Source: Burkholderiaceae bacterium
GTDB lineage: Bacteria > Patescibacteriota > Saccharimonadia > Saccharimonadales > AQU-01
DNA: 64,000 nt
Direction: 5' to 3'
Assembly: GCA_043788365.1 (NCBI GenBank)
Contig: JAYVTZ010000011.1
Location: 31,272-95,271, forward strand
Below the pieces are notes generated by a model. The model made no database searches, was not told the origin of the DNA, and worked only from the letters and a program-made list of their open reading frames with translations. Below, in pieces: positions 45,859-54,403 of this stretch; positions within the stretch are counted from its first letter, which is position 1; each line of letters begins with the position of its first letter. The position numbers were made by a program, and so were the translations under genes.

Positions 45859-46812
45859 TTAGGACAAAGTAACTTTGATGCTCGGACCCATTGATGTCGT
45901 CATGTGGATAGATTTAACAAACACGGCACCTTTAAGTGAAGCTGGTTTAGCTGACTTAATAGCCGAGATAACTGCATCGGCGTTCTTTTCAAGCTTGTCG
46001 ACACCAAAGCTAACCTTACCAACGGCCAGGTGTACGATACCAGTACTATCAACGCGGAATTCAACCTTACCGGCCTTTGCCTCTGTAACGGCCTTAACAA
46101 CATCGGCAGTGACCGTACCGCTTTTGGGATTGGGCATTAGCCCCTTTGGACCTAGGACACGAGCATATTTACCTAATTTTGGCATCATAGCCGGTGTACA
46201 AATCAGAATATCAAAATCGATAACATTCTTATCTAGTTCAGCAAAAATATCATCACTACCAGCTTTGTCAGCACCAGCCTTAAGAGCGGCTTCGACATCC
46301 TTAGTATCGGCTAGAACGGCAATTTTAATCTTTTTACCAGTACCCGATGGCAGGGCTATGCTACCACGAATGTTCTGGTCGGCTTGACGAGGATCGACTG
46401 CTAAGTTAATGTGCAACTCAACGCTAGCGTCAAACTTAACTGGGCTTGTCTTGATTACTGTAGCAAGAGCATCCTTGAGTTCATAAACCTTATACTTATC
46501 AACAAGTTCGTGGGCTTTTCGGTAGGCCTTACTGCGACGTTCTAGAACACTTCTAGCTGGCTTTTGATGGTGCTTTGGTGCTTCAGCCTGTTCTTCAGTC
46601 TTATGCTTGCGTTCTTCCTTAGCAACTTCTGCCTCGGCTTCTTTGATGGCCTTAGGGCTACGCTTACCAGCCTTTGCGAGCTTAATTTCAGCAACTGGAG
46701 TCTCTACAACCGCAGTTGTCTCAACAATTTCTGTTTCTTTAGCGACAACTTTGGGTGCTACTTTTTTTGATTTTGGACTAGTCGCCTTAGCGACTTTCTT
46801 GGCTTCCGCCAT
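45859..46812 (-). CDS. rplA: 50S ribosomal protein L1 with ~90 aa Lys/Ala/Glu-rich N-terminal extension
   Basis: The canonical L1 core starts near RSKAYRKAHELVDKYKVYEL. ATG 46812 has a GAAGGAG RBS, and no alternative start codon lies near the core. Confidence 0.9.
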   Translation of the reverse strand: MAEAKKVAKATSPKSKKVAPKVVAKETEIVETTAVVETPVAEIKLAKAGKRSPKAIKEAEAEVAKEERKHKTEEQAEAPKHHQKPARSVLERRSKAYRKAHELVDKYKVYELKDALATVIKTSPVKFDASVELHINLAVDPRQADQNIRGSIALPSGTGKKIKIAVLADTKDVEAALKAGADKAGSDDIFAELDKNVIDFDILICTPAMMPKLGKYARVLGPKGLMPNPKSGTVTADVVKAVTEAKAGKVEFRVDSTGIVHLAVGKVSFGVDKLEKNADAVISAIKSAKPASLKGAVFVKSIHMTTSMGPSIKVTLS

Positions 46813-46907
46813 AATGACTCCTTCGTGGTATTAACGGCTGTTCAAGGCCTCCCACAAATTAAATTTTATTACTTTAACTATAGCATTTAACAGAGTTATT
46901 GACAAGT

Positions 46908-47189
46908 TTAGTAAAAGAATACTCGGTCGATTGCAGTCACCGGGTCTCGACTCTCGCCTAATTTTGTCGAAGTCCGTACAAATGCTCGTCTATTAGCCTC
47001 AGAACCGAACTGATTAACGAAGTCAACTACAACTCGACTGTCATTCACTACCAGGCGACCCACTTTTCCTTCGTGGATCAGCTCGTATAGCCTTCCTAAA
47101 TTCTCTGGAGGTCGGTGACCAGGAATATGCTCCTGAACGGCGTGGCTCATAAAGCCGATTGCACCCTTATTAAAGGTTGATAAATCCAT
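46908..47189 (-). CDS. Hypothetical protein (93 aa) between rplK and rplA
   Basis: ATG lies 6 nt after the rplK stop. Confidence 0.4.
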   Translation of the reverse strand: MDLSTFNKGAIGFMSHAVQEHIPGHRPPENLGRLYELIHEGKVGRLVVNDSRVVVDFVNQFGSEANRRAFVRTSTKLGESRDPVTAIDRVFFY

Positions 47190-47195
47190 AGACGG

Positions 47196-47624
47196 CTAGC
47201 CTTCGACAACAACACCCATACTACGAGCTGTACCAGCTACCATCTTGGCAACGGCTTCAACGTCGTCAGTATTCATATCTCGAGCCTTAGCTTCGGCAAT
47301 TTCGTGTAATTGAGTCTGTGTCAGTTTCTTAGCAATTTTCTCACTGTTTGGCTTGCCAGAACCCTTTTCGATACCTAATTTGGCACGAATCATATCGTCA
47401 GTTGGTTGTGTAACGACACGGAACGACATGGTTCTATCTTCGTAGATTGCAATATGTGCGGTGACTGTAACATTACCAAGATCACGAGTTTGGTCGTTAA
47501 ATGGTTGGATGAAATCCATCATGTTAACGCCATACTGACCGAGCGTACTACCTACTGGTGGCGCAGCAGTTGCTTTACCGGCAGGGATCTTAAGTTTCAA
47601 ATTTGCTGTAATTTTCTTAGCCAT
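47196..47624 (-). CDS. rplK: 50S ribosomal protein L11
   Basis: Canonical (KLKIPAGKATAAPPVGSTLGQYGVN...). Confidence 0.96.
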   Translation of the reverse strand: MAKKITANLKLKIPAGKATAAPPVGSTLGQYGVNMMDFIQPFNDQTRDLGNVTVTAHIAIYEDRTMSFRVVTQPTDDMIRAKLGIEKGSGKPNSEKIAKKLTQTQLHEIAEAKARDMNTDDVEAVAKMVAGTARSMGVVVEG

Positions 47625-47699
47625 AATAATTTAACTTCTTTCTTGTACCGAGGTTTGAAGCTCCTGCGGTAAAACGTGCGTAACTTAACTACAATTATA

Positions 47700-47933
47700 C
47701 TACAGATTACCTCTGTTGTCTAGAACTTCCATGGCTTCTTGTGTGCTGACACTTGAAAGCATCGATAAGCTACCAAGAATTACATGTACCCCACCGAACA
47801 ATGGATTTGATAGTTCTGTTTCAGCAGCTCCGATAGCAATCGACACAATTCCAACGTAAAATGCTGTGCGCTCAATCACAGGCAACTGTTCTGCAAAGTT
47901 TGCCATCCGAGCGGAGATTTCAAAAAGACCCAT
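47700..47933 (-). CDS. Possible small membrane protein between nusG and rplK
   Basis: The track ORF overlaps nusG by 47 nt; trimmed to the internal ATG 47933. No clear RBS. Confidence 0.3.
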   Translation of the reverse strand: MGLFEISARMANFAEQLPVIERTAFYVGIVSIAIGAAETELSNPLFGGVHVILGSLSMLSSVSTQEAMEVLDNRGNL

Positions 47934-47955
47934 CGCGCTAAATATCCAAACTGGA

Positions 47956-48498
47956 CTAGGTCTTTTTAACTTGAAGGCTGTCGAGTTCGACTGGCGTTTC
48001 ACGGCCGAACATATTAACTAGAACTTTTAGCTTACCCTTAGCGTGATCAATTTCGTTAATCGCGCCGTCAAAGCCCTTAAATGGTCCATCAGTAATACTA
48101 ACGACGTCGCCAATATTGTAGTCCATCTTGAATTTAGGCTGATCGATACCCATACGCTTTTGAATCTTATCCATTTCGTCATTATCGATTGGTGTTGGCT
48201 CGGTGCCGCTACCGACGAAACCAGTGACACTTGGCGTGTTACGGACGATGTACCAAGCGTCTTCTGATAACTTCATTTGAACCAGTACATAGCCTTGGAA
48301 AATCCGTTTTTCGACGACTTTGCGTTTGCCGTTCTTAATTTCGATCATTTTCTCTTTTGGTACTAGAACCTGAAAAATTTTATCTTTCATGTCTAGACTT
48401 TCGGCGCGCTGACGAATACTTTCTGCCACTTTTTCTTCATAGCCACTATAGGTATGAATGGCGTACCATTGTTTGCTAGTGTCGTATCTTTTACTCAT
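47956..48498 (-). CDS. nusG: Transcription termination/antitermination factor NusG
   Basis: WYAIHTYSGYEEKV NGN start and KOW (GDVVSITDGPFKGFDGAINEID). Confidence 0.96.
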   Translation of the reverse strand: MSKRYDTSKQWYAIHTYSGYEEKVAESIRQRAESLDMKDKIFQVLVPKEKMIEIKNGKRKVVEKRIFQGYVLVQMKLSEDAWYIVRNTPSVTGFVGSGTEPTPIDNDEMDKIQKRMGIDQPKFKMDYNIGDVVSITDGPFKGFDGAINEIDHAKGKLKVLVNMFGRETPVELDSLQVKKT

Positions 48499-48518
48499 GG
48501 TCTATCTCCTTAGAATGA

Positions 48519-48923
48519 TTACTTAAGAACTACTTTTCTGAATATGATGTCTAACCCGTAGTCGACAACGGCTACAAGAATTCCAAAAATGATAGCAAAG
48601 GCAAAAACCGCAAGTGTCAACTTAGTGGTTTCCTTGCGATCAGGCCAGGTTACTTGTTTAAGCTCTGCCCATGATTCACGAAAATAGCGTGGTATGACAT
48701 AGCGTCGCTTGTTCATGAACCGACCAACTCTGTTGTCAGGTAACGGCAAGTAGTACTCTTGCTTACCAATCTTGCGGGCAACTTTAATTGGTCTCACGAC
48801 TTTACTGGCGGTTGAGCGAATCCTTCGTTTCTTGATAGGCGCATCTGTAACGGCCTGAGCCTTTTGTCGAACAGTCTCCGTACTTGTGCGTAGCTTTCGT
48901 TTTGTCTTCGGTTTATCGGCCAT
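48519..48923 (-). CDS. secE: Preprotein translocase subunit SecE (long basic N-terminal extension)
   Basis: C-terminal ELKQVTWPDRKET plus a single TM; immediately upstream of nusG. Confidence 0.8.
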   Translation of the reverse strand: MADKPKTKRKLRTSTETVRQKAQAVTDAPIKKRRIRSTASKVVRPIKVARKIGKQEYYLPLPDNRVGRFMNKRRYVIPRYFRESWAELKQVTWPDRKETTKLTLAVFAFAIIFGILVAVVDYGLDIIFRKVVLK

Positions 48924-48944
48924 ATCTCTCCCTTACCCTAACCA

Positions 48945-48998
48945 ATTTAAAAAGTCTACCGTGAAATAGTAGACTTTGGTTCAAAGTCAAGTCTACCC
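48945..48998 (-). promoter_or_regulatory. Putative attenuator (alternative hairpins) in the secE-nusG leader
   Basis: Minus strand: GTAGACTT (48996-48989) ... AAGTCTAC (48976-48969) ... GTAGACTTT (48959-48951) then TTAAATT. The middle element can pair with either flank. Confidence 0.35.
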
Positions 48999-49116
48999 CA
49001 TATGGTGATATTGGTCAAGGCCAGAACTTAATCTAATAATAAACTTTCGAAATTGGAGGACAGCCCATATAACCTAATGAGTATCGTACACTGCGACAAT
49101 CCTATATAGTAAGGTT

Positions 49117-50607
49117 ATGCTTATTGTGTATTTCATAGGATTCTTGACCGAAATACTGATAGTCACTAGCTGGTTCTGGCCTTATCGATTTTGGGTAATT
49201 GGCATAACCGTATCTCTGACTTCTATAGCTACTGGGGTTCTCGTTGGTACTAACCTTAACTTGATTACCTTGCTAATATTGGTTGTTTCTCTTTTCAGAA
49301 TCATAAACGTACTTAGGGTTGCCGAGCAGCGAATGAACGAACACTACCTAAGACGTGTGGTTTTAAGGTGTAGTTTGTATTTAATCTCAGGACAGATCTT
49401 AATTTATATATTTTGGCAATTAGTAACTAAATCTATGCTTAACCAGATTCCAACAAGCAGTGTTTTTATGGCTATAGCTTCGGCTCAAGTTGTTGTCTGT
49501 ATAGGACTGCTAACAATTACTAAACGAACGCTCGCTAAGACCAAATTTAGGCCACTGAGTCGTCATTATTCTGACCATGAGTTGCCAACCGTTACTGTAG
49601 CAATACCGGCACGTAACGAAAGTGACGAACTCAACCATTGCCTAGACGCCGTTACGGCTAGCGACTACCCTAAACTTGAAGTGATCGTACTTGATGACAG
49701 TTCGCAAGACAGAACACCCGACGTAATAAAAGACTTTGCGCGCGCCGGAGTTAGATTTATTCACGGCGAGGTACTACGAACAAACTGGGTTGCAAAAAAC
49801 CAAGCCTATGAACAGTTAACTAGGGCCGCAACTGGTGAGTTCATATTGTTTATAAGTGTTGATACTCTAATTAGTCCAACAACAGTTCGGGCCCTTGTAA
49901 CAAGTGCGCTGGACAAGCATAAAGCAATGCTTTGTGTCATGCCAAAACAGCAAGTTGTTAGTGACCAGTCGCTCGTATTACAGCCTATGCGCTATTGGTG
50001 GGAACTAACATTACCACGACGAATTGCTAATCGACCGGCTGTAACGACTAGCTGTTGGATGATTAAGCGTCAATCGATTGATAAATTCGGTGGTTTTGAG
50101 GCAATAAGTCGTGCGGTTCTGCCAGAAGCTTACTTTGCTAGACGACTTATAACAACAGATGAATATAGCTTTGTTAGAAGTAACGGTAATATAGAGCTGA
50201 TGTCGAGCAAAGACAAGCACGACCAATTTGAACGCACAATTCGGGTGCGTTACCCTGAGGCTCATCGCCGACTAGAACTTGCGCTTCTGATTACGCTTAG
50301 TGAAATCTTTTTATTTCTGTCACCATTCGCGATACTTTTCTACGGTCTTGTTGCCGGTTCAAGTATTCTGACGGTTATTAGCCTGATGGGTGTCGGCTGT
50401 CTGCTATATATTCAGTACTTAATCTCAATGGCCTCAGTTATGAACTTCAAAATATGGCAAGTGGTTAAGTTGCCGGTGATGGCTATGACTGAAATAGCGC
50501 TTGGGCTTTACTCGATGTATAAGTATGAGTTTTCTACTGTTGACTGGAAAGGCAGAAATATCGCCCTGCCAGTTATGCATGTTATCCCCTTACCCGAAAG
50601 GCAATAG
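49117..50607 (+). CDS. Membrane-embedded GT2 glycosyltransferase (synthase-like)
   Basis: Four N-terminal TM; GT2 core (TVAIPARNE, VIVLDDSSQD, SVDT); QPMRYW resembling Q(Q/R)xRW; three to four C-terminal TM. Confidence 0.8.
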   Translation: MLIVYFIGFLTEILIVTSWFWPYRFWVIGITVSLTSIATGVLVGTNLNLITLLILVVSLFRIINVLRVAEQRMNEHYLRRVVLRCSLYLISGQILIYIFWQLVTKSMLNQIPTSSVFMAIASAQVVVCIGLLTITKRTLAKTKFRPLSRHYSDHELPTVTVAIPARNESDELNHCLDAVTASDYPKLEVIVLDDSSQDRTPDVIKDFARAGVRFIHGEVLRTNWVAKNQAYEQLTRAATGEFILFISVDTLISPTTVRALVTSALDKHKAMLCVMPKQQVVSDQSLVLQPMRYWWELTLPRRIANRPAVTTSCWMIKRQSIDKFGGFEAISRAVLPEAYFARRLITTDEYSFVRSNGNIELMSSKDKHDQFERTIRVRYPEAHRRLELALLITLSEIFLFLSPFAILFYGLVAGSSILTVISLMGVGCLLYIQYLISMASVMNFKIWQVVKLPVMAMTEIALGLYSMYKYEFSTVDWKGRNIALPVMHVIPLPERQ

Positions 50608-50614
50608 CTAGTCA

Positions 50615-51310
50615 CTAGAAATAGGGGTTATGTTTCCTGATTTCGCGTCTAAGTTGCCTAGCGTTTGGCATGCACCGCTCAAAGTCGGTCCAGAACACGG
50701 CACCGTGGTTATGGACTTTGGTGTGAACTAATTCGTGTACGAGTACGTAATCAATCAAGTTCCATGGTAGCAACATCAAGAATATATTAAGAGTTATGTG
50801 GTTTTGATGACTACAACTCCCCCAGCGCGCTTTAAGTTGCTTAAAATCAACTGATTTGTAAGTAAACTGGTGCAGGTTAGCAAGACCGACTAAGCGTGCC
50901 GGCAATAGTTGTTCTGCTTCTTGCTTCAGTGCTCTTAACCCAGCCCTCTTTATAGCCATCTGTACCTCGCTGGAGTCAACTCTCAGTTGATTTGAGTGTG
51001 TTACGCGAAGCTCAGTCGCAGTTACTCTCGTCTTTATCCTTACAGCTGTCTCTGACTCAATTATTACTAAACGATGAAACTTACCTATTAAGTCACCATT
51101 CTTATAACTCTGACTTGGGCGTTTGTGGTCGGCTATCCAGGCCTTGCGTGTATTAACAAAAGCAACCGCCGACTGATACGGCACCCAAGACGGTAGACTT
51201 ACACGTACTTTATTGTCAGCAGTTAAACTAATCTTAATAGCTCTTGCAGTGCGCCGTTTAACAAATGTGACATCGCCAATGCCGTTAATTTCGATTATTT
51301 TTTGTGACAT
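50615..51310 (-). CDS. YgjP/DUF45-family metal-dependent hydrolase
   Basis: RWGSCS...DYVLVHELVHTKVHNHGAVFW motif. Confidence 0.75.
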   Translation of the reverse strand: MSQKIIEINGIGDVTFVKRRTARAIKISLTADNKVRVSLPSWVPYQSAVAFVNTRKAWIADHKRPSQSYKNGDLIGKFHRLVIIESETAVRIKTRVTATELRVTHSNQLRVDSSEVQMAIKRAGLRALKQEAEQLLPARLVGLANLHQFTYKSVDFKQLKARWGSCSHQNHITLNIFLMLLPWNLIDYVLVHELVHTKVHNHGAVFWTDFERCMPNARQLRREIRKHNPYF

Positions 51311-51313
51311 TAT

Positions 51314-51976
51314 TTAACGAATTGTGATGTTGCGACGAGTCATATCAACCCGTCCAGCGCTCATATTAGGCACTAAATTGACCATACCCGGCTTAACAAC
51401 ACCCGTATTTACACTGTCGGCACGAAGTAAGCCGAGTTCGTACATTCTCTTAGTGACTGCACTTTTCTGTGTGTTGAAGGTGTGTTTACCACTAATGACA
51501 ATGTACTGCTCAGATTCAACTGGATTTTGCATGTGCATAATATAGTTTTGGAAAGATTGACGATCGTAGGAAACTGCATATTTATCGTCACTCTTGCGCC
51601 GATCTCTTAACGATAGTCGTGCAAGGGCACTTTCAGGATCGATCTGTAGCCAGACCAATACGACCTGAGCCTTGGCCTTGGCTGCAATCTCACGTAGCTG
51701 ACGTCGCTCGCTAGCGCGCATGGCATTTGTATCAAAAACGACACTAACTCCAGCCTGCAGGAACTCTGATGTCATATATTTCATCAGGTGACTTACGATA
51801 TCGTTTTCTTGTTTATCATAACGGGGCTGGTCAAAAAGTTCACTACGAATACGGTCGCCCTGTACGTGAGCAGCTACAATATCTTCTGTAAGTTGTCTAG
51901 CAAAGTGGGTTTTACCAGCTCCTGGGAAGCCATATAAAAGTACTAATAAGGGATGGGTTGGTATTAGTTTACTCAT
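51314..51976 (-). CDS. P-loop kinase (AAA_33 / zeta-toxin-like fold)
   Basis: YGFPGAGKTHFARQL Walker A; ~220 aa. Confidence 0.55.
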   Translation of the reverse strand: MSKLIPTHPLLVLLYGFPGAGKTHFARQLTEDIVAAHVQGDRIRSELFDQPRYDKQENDIVSHLMKYMTSEFLQAGVSVVFDTNAMRASERRQLREIAAKAKAQVVLVWLQIDPESALARLSLRDRRKSDDKYAVSYDRQSFQNYIMHMQNPVESEQYIVISGKHTFNTQKSAVTKRMYELGLLRADSVNTGVVKPGMVNLVPNMSAGRVDMTRRNITIR

Positions 51977-52209
51977 GTCACTATATTGTATATCAGATTA
52001 AGCCAATTGTGCAAAGTTCAAAATTATGCCGTTTTAAGGTAAAATGTACCTGTCTCAAGCCCTCATGAATGCCAGACTTGAGATATTTCTGGGATTTGAT
52101 AGCGTACCGCAAGCCAGTTGTAGCTCGCCGTTACTGGTGCGGAACGTAAAATCAAAGCACAGAAATAGCCGAGAAGCCAGTTTACTGGCTGGTCTGGAAT
52201 TCATGATAT

Positions 52210-52284
52210 AGGGGTATAGTACAGCGGTTAGTACAAAGGTCTCCAAAACCTTAGACCGTGGTTCGATTCCACGTACCCCTGCCA
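52210..52284 (+). tRNA. tRNA-Trp (anticodon CCA), CCA encoded
   Basis: AGGGGTATAGTACAGCGGTTAGTACAAAGGTCTCCAAAACCTTAGACCGTGGTTCGATTCCACGTACCCCTGCCA; loop CTCCAAA; parallels E. coli tRNA-Trp. Confidence 0.92.
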
Positions 52285-52536
52285 AAGTAAAAAGACCTGT
52301 CGAAAGATAGGTCCTTTTACTTAGCATGTGTTTGGTCTCGAGCCACGGTCTGCGACAGGCTTGCCTGGCGCGAAGATCGTATTTCGCTATTTAGTCTGTT
52401 GCCTGAGGCCTCTCGGCGCACAGATTAAATATACCTTGGTATTCCACGTACCCCTGCCAACGCAAAAAGGTCAGCTCGCAGAATTGGCCTTTTTACTTTG
52501 CAGAGCTACTTTGTATCGAGCCACGGTCTGCGACAG
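52266..52536 (+). repeat. Diverged tandem duplication: tRNA-Trp 3' end (20 nt) + hairpin + conserved 21-mer, two copies
   Basis: ATTCCACGTACCCCTGCCAA at 52266-52285 and 52441-52460. TCGAGCCACGGTCTGCGACAG at 52338-52358 and 52516-52536. A terminator-like hairpin sits between the two blocks in each copy. Confidence 0.75.
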
Positions 52537-52658
52537 CTCCAGCCGACGACTAGACCACGGAAGGCCAGTCCTTGTTGTCTTTATACACAAAATAAATTAT
52601 TGCTTAGGTTATAATTAAACTAAAGTATAAATTGATAAATCATTTAGGAGGAGTGTCG

Positions 52659-53897
52659 ATGAAAAGTTTTAATTATAAACCCAAGAAAGCCTTTGCAATA
52701 ACTAGCCTGTTGTTGCTAGTCATTGTTGCCGGCCTTGGATTCAGAACGGCTGCTGCCGTTTGCGTGCCAAAAGATGATCAAGGTCACGTATTTACAGTCA
52801 AAAACGGCCCGACTGACGGCTATACCCTACTCTCCTCATATATAGCCGATAACCTTTACACCAACCCTGGTGAAGTTAGGATGATTGATAGGACTGGACG
52901 CGTCGCACACAGTTGGCACACAAAGTACCAACCGCTGTATGCAAAGTTAGAAAAATCTGGAAATATTTTTGTAACGATGACACCTCCTATAGTGCAGGCC
53001 AACTACCCAAGTGCCGGCACCACAGGTGTAATCCAAGAACTCGACTGGAACTCGAATGTACTCTGGGAGTACAAAGACGATCAAATGACACACTCTTTTG
53101 ATGTGTTACCAAACGGAAATATTGTCTATGACAGATGGGAAAAAGCACCTGATAGCTTCTCAGAAAAAGTTGTCGGTGGGTTTCCGAGTACAGTCATACC
53201 TGTTTGGACAAATAGCGTAATTGAAGTAAATCGCGACAAAAAAATTGTTTGGGAATGGCATATGCCCGATCATTTGAATCCTGAAGATTTCAAGCTTGCT
53301 TCAGCAACACCAAAGCGTGACTGGGCACACGTTAACTCTGTAAAATATGTCGAAAGTAACCCCTTAACCCACAAGCCCGCCTTCTTAGTTAGTTCTAGGC
53401 ACACCAGTACTGTCTTCTTCATTGACGCCACTAATGGTGATGTAATCTGGCATTCCCCTAAAGGATTGTTTTCATACCAGCACGACGCCACTTACCTAGC
53501 AAATGGACACATAATGGTATTTGATAATGGTTTTAACCGCGAGGACAGCAAGCCTGCACTGTTTAGTCGTGTCGCTGAAGTCGACCCAACTACTAGTAAA
53601 GTCACCTGGGAGTACAAGGGCGGCGATAGTGCAATTGAACAGCTAGCCATGGAGTCGAGTATCATGGGCGGTGCTGACAGGTTGCCAAATGGTAATACCC
53701 TAATCACTATCAGTACTCAAGGTAAGGTCTTCGAGGTCACACCAGACAAGAAAGTCGTATGGGAATATGACGAAAGATTCTCTAACTCGGCTGGCGATAA
53801 CCCAATCAACTTCAAGAGTGTTGAATACTATCCTGACGACACCAGCTGGGCTAACAAAGTTACCAACAAATCGCTTGCTCGTTTTGTTTGTAAGTAA
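52659..53897 (+). CDS. Arylsulfotransferase (ASST)-family beta-propeller exoprotein
   Basis: ATG 52659 sits 8 nt after AGGAGG. N-terminal anchor; ASST-like blocks (HSFDVLPNGNIVY, YQHDATYLANGHIMVFDNG, LPNGNTLI). Confidence 0.62.
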   Translation: MKSFNYKPKKAFAITSLLLLVIVAGLGFRTAAAVCVPKDDQGHVFTVKNGPTDGYTLLSSYIADNLYTNPGEVRMIDRTGRVAHSWHTKYQPLYAKLEKSGNIFVTMTPPIVQANYPSAGTTGVIQELDWNSNVLWEYKDDQMTHSFDVLPNGNIVYDRWEKAPDSFSEKVVGGFPSTVIPVWTNSVIEVNRDKKIVWEWHMPDHLNPEDFKLASATPKRDWAHVNSVKYVESNPLTHKPAFLVSSRHTSTVFFIDATNGDVIWHSPKGLFSYQHDATYLANGHIMVFDNGFNREDSKPALFSRVAEVDPTTSKVTWEYKGGDSAIEQLAMESSIMGGADRLPNGNTLITISTQGKVFEVTPDKKVVWEYDERFSNSAGDNPINFKSVEYYPDDTSWANKVTNKSLARFVCK

Positions 53898-53950
53898 ACT
53901 TCTTCAAACAAAGGTATATAGTGTTTTGAAATATATGTTATAATATACTT

Positions 53951-54094
53951 ATGTCTGAAAATTGTGTTGGTTGTACACCCGAAAAAATCAAAGCATGTGA
54001 TCGAAGATTCATGGTTACTGCTAATTTGTATGACCAAGGAGTACGCATGCGCGATGGCTTAAGGGCGCTAGGGTCCGCCTCCGACAGGAATTGA
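53951..54094 (+). CDS. Possible leaderless small Cys-containing protein (47 aa)
   Basis: Below the ORF-track size cutoff. TGTTATAAT at 53936-53944 lies 6 nt before the ATG. MSENCVGCTPEKIKACDRRF... Confidence 0.22.
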   Translation: MSENCVGCTPEKIKACDRRFMVTANLYDQGVRMRDGLRALGSASDRN

Positions 54095-54403
54095 ACAGAG
54101 CACGGCATAAACCTCAGCCTGTCTTCTTTACTTGACGCCCAAACTGAGGTCGATTGTCAATTATCCGCTATGCAGATAGTCGAAAGAGTCGTTGAGGAGA
54201 GTTATCGACGAACCTGGGAGTCCGCTTAGTTCTCTAATTAAGTTTGTCTTCCGTAATAAAGCATAAAAACTAAAAAATTGCTGTGATTTTGTCATTGATT
54301 CTAATGAATATGTTTATGTTATAAAACAAGGGTAATTTAGATTGCGCACAGCGAGATAAATCACTATAATCATAAGCAGAAATAAATAGGTACAAAAGGG
54401 TCA

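Noticed and set aside
45875-46834. Several + and - strand ORFs (45875-46387, 45900-46103, 46564-46770, 46607-46834)
   Set aside because: All are embedded in rplA, which is clearly the real gene. They are shadow frames of a Lys/Ala-rich coding region.
52055-52618. ORFs 52055-52327(-) and 52328-52618(+)
   Set aside because: They run through tRNA-Trp and the att-like repeat region, and their translations look random.
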